From Octopus sinensis (lineage: Eukaryota): DNA of 15,597 bases. Where the stretch lies: the NCBI RefSeq assembly GCF_006345805.1, contig NW_021825511.1, positions 1-15,597 on the forward strand, given 5' to 3'. How positions within the stretch are numbered: the first letter of the stretch is position 1; every line of letters starts with the position of its first letter. Positions 1-9,045 of this stretch are shown here, one piece after another. The translations under genes were made by a program, and so were the position numbers. The notes below the pieces were generated by a model. That model did not search any database and was not told where the DNA came from. It saw only the letters and a list, made by a program, of their open reading frames with translations.

Positions 1-34
<34 letters not shown>

Positions 35-86
35 AGAAGAAGAAGAAGAAGAAGAAGAAGAAGAAGAAGAAGAAGAGAAGAAGAAG
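1..86. repeat. (AAG)n trinucleotide microsatellite, runs off the window start
   Basis: Near-perfect AAG repeats with two interruptions. Confidence 0.97.
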
Positions 87-319
87 TATGGCGCTGACTA
101 CTATTAATAATGATGATAAAGAGGAAAGGGGAGTGGTGAAGGAGGAAGAGGATATATATATATATATATTTTTTTTGGAAAAAACTCTTATTTCATTTTT
201 TATCTATCTTGTTAAACTAGGTTGTACTATTGTAATACATCTGGAGTTATAACTATATTCGCTAATATCAAAGCGTCTAACCATACACACAAAAACAACT
301 ACATACCACGCATGCACAC

Positions 320-564
320 ATATGTATATATATATATATTAATATATATGTATATATATATGTATATATATATATATAATATAATATATTTATATATATA
401 TAATACATATATACGCACACACACACACACACACCACATATACACACATACATACATACATACATACATACATACATACATACATACATACATACATGCA
501 TGCATGCATGCATACATACATACATGCATACATACATACATACATACATACATACATACATACA

Positions 565-592
<28 letters not shown>
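320..592. repeat. Compound microsatellite: (TA)n, (CA)n, then (TACA)n
   Basis: Read directly. The TACA tract at ~447-592 produces the YIHT/MYVC ORFs. Confidence 0.95.
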
Positions 593-595
<3 letters not shown>

Positions 596-725
596 GTGTA
601 CACGCGTGCCTGGAATCCTCCATATTACATACATGTATGTATACATTCTGCACCTACACATACAAAATATATTCATCCATCCATAATTACACAAACACCT
701 AAAATTATACGCAGATACTCACACA

Positions 726-727
<2 letters not shown>

Positions 728-772
<45 letters not shown>

Positions 773-777
773 ACACA
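728..777. repeat. (CA)n microsatellite
   Basis: Read directly. Confidence 0.96.
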
Positions 778-922
778 AATGTCTCATCCTGGATGTTACA
801 CACGTTCAAGAGTGACGGAGAGGAGAGGATGTCTGTGACTTCACAGACACATAAAACAATTAAAGAAACTATGCTACATGTTACCATGCCATACTTACTC
901 GCCCGTGACAGCTGGGTGTACT

Positions 923-950
923 TATATATCTATATAATATAATATATATA

Positions 951-1009
<59 letters not shown>
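923..1009. repeat. (TA)n microsatellite
   Basis: Read directly. Confidence 0.95.
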
Positions 1010-1010
<1 letters not shown>

Positions 1011-1012
<2 letters not shown>

Positions 1013-1129
1013 CCTGCTCGCTTAGCCAGCGGGGGGCGTCATTTCAAGGCTAAAAACAATGCGAAGCGCATTGTGACCAGCGATGTGTAACAACATCTGA
1101 TAGCCTGGTCAGTCACGGTGATCACGTTG
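1011..1129. repeat. ~120-bp GC-richer structured element sandwiched between (TA)n tracts; probable interspersed repeat
   Basis: Sharp composition change against the TA flanks and three internal inverted repeats. It resembles a repeat I recall from octopus assemblies (recollection, not a search). Confidence 0.55.
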
Positions 1130-1160
1130 ATATATATATATATATAATATTATATATATA

Positions 1161-1200
<40 letters not shown>
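1130..1200. repeat. (TA)n microsatellite
   Basis: Read directly. Confidence 0.95.
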
Positions 1201-1203
<3 letters not shown>

Positions 1204-1341
1204 TACAATAAGATATTAAAACAATAGAATCATATTATGATATATTAAATACGTTATAATATTGGTGACTAAATATAATATGCGAATAGTTTGTTTTTTT
1301 TATAACGGCACCGTAATTTACAATCCTGTAAATAATAATAA

Positions 1342-1496
1342 TGGTATGTTTTATATAAGCTTAAAGCTTATGGCGATCACTGTGCAATGACTAAGGAAAA
1401 TAGTCTAATAAAGGGGCTTATAAGCCCCTTATTAAACTATTTTCCTCCGTCATTGCACGGTGATCGCCATAAGCTTTAAGCTATATAAAAATACCA
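1342..1496. repeat. ~155-bp loopless palindrome (foldback or MITE-like)
   Basis: Centre at 1420|1421 (AAGGGGCTTA|TAAGCCCCTT). 1358-1380 is the exact reverse complement of 1460-1482. Only a few mismatches and indels elsewhere. Confidence 0.92.
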
Positions 1497-1681
1497 ATTA
1501 TATATTATATATATATATTATAATAAAAGGGTAAAATCCATAATATTTTTATCAAGTGGTCAGTGTGCAAATAAAAACCTCATAGATAAATTTACACAAA
1601 TATTTTATAATTATATATATAATTATAACAAAGGATCGGCTTTACGCTTCACCACTCACTGCCAAAAATAGATGCTAAACC

Positions 1682-1803
1682 TTATATATAGATATATATA
1701 TATATATATTATATATATATATCTATATATCATTATTATTATTATTATTATTAATATTATTTTTATTATTATTATCATCACCATCATCATTATCATTATA
1801 TCA
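1682..1803. repeat. Compound (TA)n, (ATT)n, (ATC)n simple repeat
   Basis: Read directly. Confidence 0.9.
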
Positions 1804-1979
1804 TTCAAATATATCGACGAGAAACCGCAATCTTGTTGAAACTGTCGTCTCCGAGAGTTTCGTTAGCTAAAGAAGAAATCGAAATTATAAACTTTCTTGG
1901 AATTATGAAAGTAATAATGATTTATGTAATCGCCATACAGTGGCAGAAACATATCTCTTTGTTGGCACTATTCATAGAA

Positions 1980-2040
1980 TAGGGATGTCTTTGGTTTCGG
2001 TATCATAGAATGACAGCATGCTGAAACCAAAAACACCCTA
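1980..2040 (+). other. 61-nt stem-loop; pre-miRNA-like or a small palindromic repeat
   Basis: 1980-2003 pairs with 2018-2040, with one bulge (A1985), one mismatch (C1989/A2032), two G-U pairs and a 14-nt loop. The hairpin is solid; its identity is unknown. Confidence 0.6.
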
Positions 2041-2458
2041 AGTTAAATTATCTCGCGAGAAAACAATTACGCCATCAAGCATCGTTTGTTTAACACAACA
2101 GGGGGGTGTTGATTGTAATTTTATTCCCAAAAGTTTTATTCACACAACTAAGAGAACGTACACGCGCAATATCAATTTGCAACGGAGCTAATTGCTCACA
2201 TCTTACTGTCAATAACTATAACAGCAGTCACAATAATATTTTCTTTTCAAGGCAGCATTTTTTCGTCACTATAATTGCATCTGCAAATGAGGCGACATTT
2301 AAATAGCATTGGTGAGGCCTTACAAATATGTTGTTTGTGAAGATAAACGATCTTCGGAGAAAATATTTATGAGAAAGTAATAAAGTATTATTTCGGACAT
2401 TAGTGCATATTTCTATTCCCTTCCCACACAGGTTAAACAATATCTTGAAGAGACACGA

Positions 2459-2838
2459 CACAAACCAAAGGACGCCATCATTGAGTTATAAAATTCTTAG
2501 GAGAAGTGTATTTCTGAGCTAATAATACAGATATTGTTGTGAAAGACCAAAACAATAAAGTCTGTTTATTGATTGACATGGGCATACCTAGTGACCATAA
2601 TATCTCGGCAAAAGAATTTGATAAACTCAGAAAATATAAGGATTTGCTGATTGAAATCGAAAAGATGTGGCATCACAAGGTGATTACAATACCAACGATT
2701 GTAGGAGCACTTGGAATGATCAAGAAAGGAACTGAAAATTATTTAAGAATGATCCACACTTACTATCCAAGCAGGAAGTACAAAAGATTGTCTTAACTGG
2801 TACGTCACACGTATTTGAGAAGATCATTGTCGCTGTGA
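2459..2838 (+). mobile_element. 5'-truncated, frameshifted non-LTR retrotransposon fragment; C-terminal restriction-like endonuclease (REL) domain, R4/Dong-type
   Basis: Reads HKPKDAIIE...NNTDIVVKDQNNKVCLLIDMGIPSDHNISAKEFDKLRKYKDLLIEIEKMW...IPTIVGALGMIKKG. After frameshifts it continues QEVQKIVLTGTSHVLRRSLSL* (stop at 2836-2838). This matches the (P)DIVV...D...KxxKYxDL...MW...GALG...QK...GT.H.LR pattern that ends REL-clade ORFs. A T-rich tract follows. The clade is from motif recall. Confidence 0.82.
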
Positions 2839-3140
2839 ATTTTTTTCCTTCTTTTCCCTTTATTTTCTTTGTTTATTTTTTTACTTTTTATTTTCATTTT
2901 TCGAAATCAGCGACAGTTTGTAACTGGAAAAAGCTAATAGTATATTGCGTTTGGAATGAGTTTTCATCGCTAGCTGGTGATTATCACACACTGATGACGG
3001 GTTACTATCCAGAAACCCGGATCTATATGTATCACGTAAGGCTAGAGATGGCCCAATCGGTCCGCCATATTTTGGTTTCAAATATGCTTCACGATTCTGT
3101 TCTGCTACTGTTTACTTATCGCTCAGAGGTTTATTATTGA

Positions 3141-3151
3141 TGTGTGTGTGC

Positions 3152-3230
<79 letters not shown>
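3141..3230. repeat. (TG)n microsatellite
   Basis: Read directly. Confidence 0.97.
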
Positions 3231-3233
<3 letters not shown>

Positions 3234-3238
3234 TCGTT

Positions 3239-3508
3239 ACTAAAGTGACAAAGGGCTCTAATCATCACCAACTTTGCTAGAAATAATAGTCAAGACAACT
3301 CAATCGCTACAGAAGCACTACATTAATGACTGACAAGGGAGGCAATCTCCCTACGGCAGCAGATAAAACCAGATCACCGATGATTTTGCATTTTGATGCT
3401 TAACGCATCTTCATGTTCATTGGTGGCCCTCACCGGGTGGCTATTGAGTTCTTTTAACTCCTATTTCTAGCAATATTGGTGCTGATTACTGCGCTTTCTC
3501 ACTTTAGT
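3239..3508. repeat. 270-bp segment bounded by 47-bp imperfect inverted repeats (MITE-like)
   Basis: 3239-3285 matches the reverse complement of 3462-3508 at 40/47 positions with no gaps. No clear target-site duplication. Confidence 0.7.
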
Positions 3509-3708
3509 GACATATTTCTGCCTTTAGATTGTAAAACTGCGAATTAGGCACCCGGTCGACAAACAAAGTACAAGGTATATTAAAAATTACATTAAAACTA
3601 TGTAAAGTGTGCGCATTTTCCTTCTATAATTTCTTATATATATTACAACTCCAGCAGGACCGCACTCAAACGACTATAACAAGTAACAGAAAAGAAGACT
3701 AAATAATG

Positions 3709-3739
3709 ATGTATATAAATATATATATATATATGAATG

Positions 3740-3803
<64 letters not shown>

Positions 3804-3925
3804 TATATTAATATATACATATATATGTGCGTGTGTATGTTTGTATTCATGTACGCGTGTGTATATAATAATATATATGTGTGTGTGGTGTGTGTGTAGT
3901 GTGTGTGTGGTGTGTATATATATAA
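3709..3925. repeat. (TA)n with TG-rich compound simple repeat
   Basis: Read directly. Confidence 0.92.
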
Positions 3926-4120
3926 CGTTGATGCCTTCAAACAAGCTATAAACATCTGCGTATTTAAAAGACCAACAGACTGAACGTATTTCACAACAGC
4001 ATTGCCTCCATCGAGAAGTGTTAAAGATTTGGATTTAAGTCATACAGGCTTCCTGAGTAAACTGGGGACCTCCCAGCTCGCTAGACAACTCTCACCAGAC
4101 AGATGGATACAGAGCGGTAC

Positions 4121-4152
4121 AACACACATACATACATATACAATCATATTGA

Positions 4153-4196
<44 letters not shown>

Positions 4197-4200
4197 TACA
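4121..4200. repeat. Compound CA/TG/TA simple repeat
   Basis: Read directly. Confidence 0.9.
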
Positions 4201-4475
4201 CGGTGGATGAATTGCATTTTATTGTAGATTTTGTTGCTGTTTCTGTTGTTCTTTCTTTAAAAGATAAACAAATCTTACATCATTTTTAGCGCTAAAATAG
4301 TTTATATAATGTATCTCTTCGAGTTAAACAAGACGAGATGTGCCCTTTGTGCTTGTGTGCGCATATGGACATGTGGATATATATACATACATATATATAA
4401 TATATATATATATATATAGATTATATATATATCTATATAGAAGTAGACATAAAGAAGGGAGTATATAGAAGATAG

Positions 4476-4573
<98 letters not shown>
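4476..4573. repeat. (GATA)n tetranucleotide microsatellite
   Basis: About 24 perfect units; source of the IYLS ORF. Confidence 0.97.
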
Positions 4574-4805
4574 CGTATGTTTGTCAATGTATATATGTGT
4601 GTGTATGTGCGTGTTGTGAGTGTATCTGTGTATGCCGGTATCGTTTGATATTTGTGTTAAAAAGTTGTGGCGAACAATCCGATGTTTCGATTTAGATGTG
4701 GATATATGGGAGTAGGGAGGGTGTGCGCATGCGTATAAATATATGTTCGAATGTAATAGACATACCTACAAGCATCCATGCATGTATGAATATATTACAT
4801 ATGTG

Positions 4806-4849
4806 TTACATGCGTGCGCGTAGGAATATATTACATGCGTGCGCGTAGG
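4806..4849. repeat. 19-bp direct repeat TTACATGCGTGCGCGTAGG x2 (period 25)
   Basis: Exact copies at 4806-4824 and 4831-4849. Confidence 0.9.
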
Positions 4850-5104
4850 TATGCATGTAAGTATGAACTTAGATAAACTTAGATATGTTTCGACCAACGA
4901 TTGATCCAGGCCATGTCTAACTTTTAAGTAAATTGGAATATATTTGGGATATATTTAAACCTATTGTGGCTTTTCCTCACATTTTTGCCATGGAGAAAAA
5001 TAAACATTCCCACTATATACAAAAAAGTGTTACAACGCTATAGCTAGCTCAGAGCGCACTCTTTGAACTTCTGGCTGCATTTCGAGCACCTTACCTCTCT
5101 TCAG

Positions 5105-5122
5105 CAGTAGATACTAAGAAAG
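5105..5122 (+). other. Candidate 18-nt micro-exon
   Basis: Pyrimidine tract CCTTACCTCTCTTCAG acceptor and a perfect AAG|GTAAGT donor. One open frame: (x)VDTKK(x). Confidence 0.3.
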
Positions 5123-5270
5123 GTAAGTCAGAGTTGACAGGAAGCCTTGTTTTCTTCATCAGAAATCAGTACATATCATTAACTGATAGCGCATGTAGGC
5201 CTCCAAAACTGAACAAGGATATGAGTATGTGCACAAAACAGTTCATATATTTATATATAGATACATGGGC

Positions 5271-5372
5271 GAGTTCTCTCCAGCGGCCCTTATCCCTCAT
5301 CATCGCTGCCATGTCTTGCGTCTTTCAGAGACCAAGAACATCAACATCTGTCATCCTCGGTTCCCCTCTTCC
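5271..5372 (-). mobile_element. Decayed 3' end of an RTE-like LINE ORF
   Basis: The minus strand reads GRGEPRMTDVDVLGL*KTQDMAAMMRDKGRWREL, resembling the RTE C-terminal pattern GRGRPRxTxxD...MxDRxxWR. It has an in-frame stop and an apparent deletion. Confidence 0.6.
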
Positions 5373-5388
5373 CGTGTGTCTGTGTTCT

Positions 5389-5552
5389 AGTCCTGGGTAT
5401 CACAATAAACTGCATCCAGTGGCAAGGCTCCAGTTTGGGAGTTCAGGAGCTGTGGGGAATGTTGAGTTACCCCTTAGTTATCATCACTCCCAGGTCTCCT
5501 CCGGCCTGGTATGGCCTGGTACCTATTAGGGCCACATCTATGGGTTAAATAA
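5389..5552. mobile_element. Fragment of an interspersed repeat (octopus-type; class uncertain)
   Basis: Resembles a high-copy repeat I recall (GTCCTGGRTATGACACTAAAC...ACTCCCAGGTCC...TAGGGTCCCATCTATGGGTCAAAT). Recollection only. Confidence 0.45.
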
Positions 5553-5929
5553 TTATCTTACTCGAATGGCGCCGGTAAGTTATTATGCAGATATTAATTG
5601 GCTCACACACATCTTCACAAATTTCATCAACCGTCTTCACTTAAACAAAATAATGCTGTCGCTTCAGCAAAGTGGAAATTAAATTTCAAGGAAAAATATT
5701 AATAATTTCAAAAGCTATGCTTTTCACTTAAAGAAAGCCGCCAGCTAAAACACATTCTACAAAATCGATATCTAAGAAATATTGAAAATATGGAAGACTT
5801 TTCAAAATTCAGTATATTTTCTGCTATTATTATCTGCATTCCAACTTCAATTCTTTGTTTTCCTCTTAGAAGTCAATACTTTCTTTCGAGAAAGAAATCA
5901 ATATATTAAAGAAGAAAGAAAAGATGCAG

Positions 5930-6323
5930 AGGCGGAAACATGACCGCGTGGTTTTGGTTTTGTGTTCAATTCCACTGTGTGCCACCTTGGGGAAGTGTCT
6001 TCTACTGATACCACAGGCCAACGGATGCCTTGTGAGTGAATTTCGTTGATGGAAACTGCGTGGAAGCCTATCGTATATGTGCGTGCGCGTGCCTTTTGTA
6101 TTGTGTTTGTTTGTCTCTCCCCCTTCCACCACCACCTTAACGCTTGACAACTGGTGTTGGTTTGCTTACGTTCGCATAACATAGCGGTTCGGCCAAAGAA
6201 ACAAATTCATGTAGCAGAATTGAAAAGGAATTACTATTGGTGGGCGATTTGTTCTTCTAAAGCCTTCAAGCCGGTACTCCGGCATGGCCGTAGTCCAGTG
6301 ATTGAAACAAGTAAAAGATAAAA
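5930..6323 (+). mobile_element. tRNA-derived SINE, family A (octopus OR-type), near full length with a head deletion
   Basis: B-box-like GTGTTCAATTCC at 5962-5973, followed by CACCTTGGGGAAGTGTCTTCTAC, GGAAACTG..GAAGCC, an internal TG-rich linker, GCTTGACAAC, TAGCGGTTCGGC and a GAAACAAGTAAAAG tail. This is the layout I recall for octopus SINEs. Partial homologues occur at 10445-10589 and 10874-10932. Confidence 0.8.
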
Positions 6324-6329
6324 CATGAA

Positions 6330-6495
6330 GATAAATACACACACACATAATCGTGCATATGTACATACACACGCACATACTCATACGTATATACACACAC
6401 ATACATATACACACACATACATATATATATATACACACATACATACATATACGCATGCGCGTACGCATGCCTTTAGTATGAACATACACACACGT
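6330..6495. repeat. Compound CA/TA simple repeat
   Basis: Read directly. Confidence 0.88.
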
Positions 6496-7270
6496 ACAAT
6501 CATTTCTTTAATTTTACTTTATTAGTATGTTATATACTTTTAATATTTATGTATTTTTTATTCATATGTATTTTATCACTGTCTCCTGGTTTATGAAAAT
6601 TATGCAAAACACACACACAAACACAAACAACCCCCACATACATACATCAGTTGGCTTCCATCATAATGATTGCAGTTACAAACTCCGTATCTTTCAGTGT
6701 ATATTTGACTAGTGAGATACTAAGAAGAAATATTGAGAAATAGAATATTCCTCCTTCGTCGTCCAGTCAAAAGAATATTCGACGCAATCTCTGATTGCTA
6801 AGTTCCTAATTTAAGAGTGCTCTACAATTAATGTGATTAAGATGAACGCCTGATAGTTCAAGGGACCGATTTCTTTGGAAATTGACTTTTATATTCCGAT
6901 AGTTCGTATATACCAGAAGAAATGGCATGCAATTTAACAAGTAACATAATGATGTAATACACAGAGTGCCAATTCATTTCCATGCTATTGAAACATTTGT
7001 AGCATGAATACATCTTCATTTATATATGAATTAATTAATTAATGATAGTATGTAGACATATAGGTCCTTTCCCTCCACTGTCAGATTAATAGAAGATTCC
7101 ATATGGCTCCCGATATAAAGGCATGGAGTTTCTCATCGAATTTTCTTGAGAGAATACTTCCCTTTTTCTTTCTTTTCTCACACTTCACATGGTTTCTTGT
7201 AAGAAGACATAATGTGGGAGTTTTAGGAGGAGAAAGGGATGAGAAGAGAAAAAATTGAAACTGGTTCTAG

Positions 7271-7362
7271 ACTGGTACTCGAAAACAATGACAAGCAAAT
7301 TTGGCCTTTTCGAGATTTGAACTCACTGGAACAACTCTTGTCAAGTCTGCCATTGCGCTGCC
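7271..7362 (-). mobile_element. Highly decayed tRNA-derived SINE, family B
   Basis: 7312-7324 is the exact reverse complement of the B-box 13-mer GAGTTCAAATCTC at 10198-10210. The flanks align loosely with the family B copies. Confidence 0.55.
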
Positions 7363-7399
7363 TTTACACACACAATCAAATAATACATATGTACGCATA

Positions 7400-7431
7400 C
7401 ATGTCAACATATATATATATATATATATTAT

Positions 7432-7462
<31 letters not shown>

Positions 7463-7482
7463 GTATATATATATATATAATA
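7400..7482. repeat. (TA)n microsatellite
   Basis: Read directly. Confidence 0.93.
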
Positions 7483-8332
7483 TAAACAAATCAAATTGCG
7501 ATAAAATAAATTAATTATTATCGCTGGTATTTCTAGCACAAGCCATATATTTTTCATATATCAGTACGTTAAGGCGAAATATGTGCTTGAAACACAGAAG
7601 CTAGATAGAATTAGTGAAATGAAGATAAAAACATTTACTAACTCGGTTCCTCTTAGACTGCAGTTTCTTTCTTTTCAGCAATAAAGATAATTTATTTGCT
7701 CAGGGAAAATTCATCGGTAAGAGCCCTGTTGTTCTGAGATCCTAACTCACTAGAAGCATGTGCTTCTAATGATTTGCTCTCTCTAACTAATCAGATCACT
7801 GCGCAGACTCAGAACGTCCCGACAAAACTAGGGATTTCTGGTATATTGTCTAACGCTCATAAATTTATCGAGAAATATGTAAACAAATCAAATTGCGATA
7901 AAATAAATTAATTATTATCGCTGGTATTTCTAGCAGCACAAGCCATAATTTTTTCATATATCAGTACGTTAAGGCGAAATATGTGCTTGAACACAGAAGC
8001 TAGATAAATTTAGTGAAATGAAGATAAAAACATTTACTAACTCGGTTCCTCTTAGACTGCAGTTTCTTTCTTTTCAGCAATAAAGATAATTTATATTTGC
8101 TCAGGGAGAATTCATCGGTAAGAGCCCTGTTGTTCTGAGATCCTAACTCACTAGAAGCATGTGCTTCTAATGATTTGCTCTCTCTAACTAATCAGATCAC
8201 TGCGCAGACTCAGAACGTCCCGACAAAACTAGGGATTTCTGGTATATTGTCTAACGCTCTAAATTTATCGAGAAACATGTAAACAAATCAAATTGCGATA
8301 AAATAAATTAATTTATCGCTGGTATTTCTAGC

Positions 8333-8336
<4 letters not shown>
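7483..8336. repeat. Tandem duplication, ~400-bp unit x 2.1
   Basis: Units start at 7483 (397 bp), 7880 (400 bp) and 8280 (57-bp partial). About 8 difference sites separate the two full copies. Confidence 0.97.
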
Positions 8337-8337
<1 letters not shown>

Positions 8338-8378
<41 letters not shown>

Positions 8379-8434
8379 TATATATAGAGTCTGCAAGTAT
8401 ATGCGCATACGTATATACATAATATATATTATAT

Positions 8435-8475
<41 letters not shown>

Positions 8476-8905
8476 CACACATTCGCTCGCGTGAACACAT
8501 GGACGTAATCACAAGCACACAAACGCATAAATACACTCACACACGCATACATGCATACATACATACATACATACATACATACATACATACATACATACAT
8601 ACATACATACATACATACATACATACATACATACATACGTAAGAATTCAATATGGCTCGGATGAACTAGACATATGGAATAAAAGTGTAAGTTGATGACA
8701 TTACAAGCAAAAAAAATATATCATGTGTGTGTGTGCATATATATACATGCATATACATACACGTATATATGCAAACTTATACACACTCACATTCATACAT
8801 ACATTTATTCATACATAGATATATATAAATATACATACACATATATGTGCAAACATATATACAACACACACATAGATGCATACACATGCACACATACACA
8901 CACAC

Positions 8906-8972
<67 letters not shown>

Positions 8973-9045
8973 ATGTATGTATGTATGTATGTATGTGTAT
9001 GTATGTATGTATCTAGTTATGTATGTATAGTATACACACACACAC
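8338..9045. repeat. Mosaic of (TA)n, (TACA)n (8554-8638), CA-rich and (TATG)n simple repeats
   Basis: Read directly, with short unique spacers. Confidence 0.9.

Noticed and set aside
222-838. Six overlapping ORFs of 68-154 aa
   Set aside because: Translations of stop-free TA, CA and TACA microsatellites (YIHT, MYVC, HT repeats).
2432-2491. Possible terminal exon VKQYLEETRHKPKDAIIEL* after TTCCCTTCCCACACAG
   Set aside because: Most of it overlaps the decayed LINE reading frame (HKPKDAIIE). The acceptor alone is insufficient evidence.
2539-2796. 85-aa ORF as an intact gene
   Set aside because: It is an internal piece of a frameshifted retrotransposon ORF with a GTG pseudo-start.
2835-3140. 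101-aa ORF with a hydrophobic N-terminus
   Set aside because: The hydrophobicity comes from the T-rich tract after the LINE stop. No recognisable motif.
4284-4297. Short palindromes (TTTTAGCGCTAAAA; also GAATATTC x2 at 6743 and 6773; GATTCTA-AA-TAGAATC at 9883)
   Set aside because: Too short and AT-rich to interpret without other support.
5134-5529. 131-aa ORF
   Set aside because: It runs antisense through the RTE remnant and across an adjacent repeat. No protein-like signature.
5866-6489. ORFs overlapping the SINE
   Set aside because: Incidental frames in SINE and microsatellite sequence.
7483-8336. CRISPR-like or satellite array interpretation
   Set aside because: Only 2.1 units of 400 bp with no repeat-spacer alternation, in a eukaryotic context.
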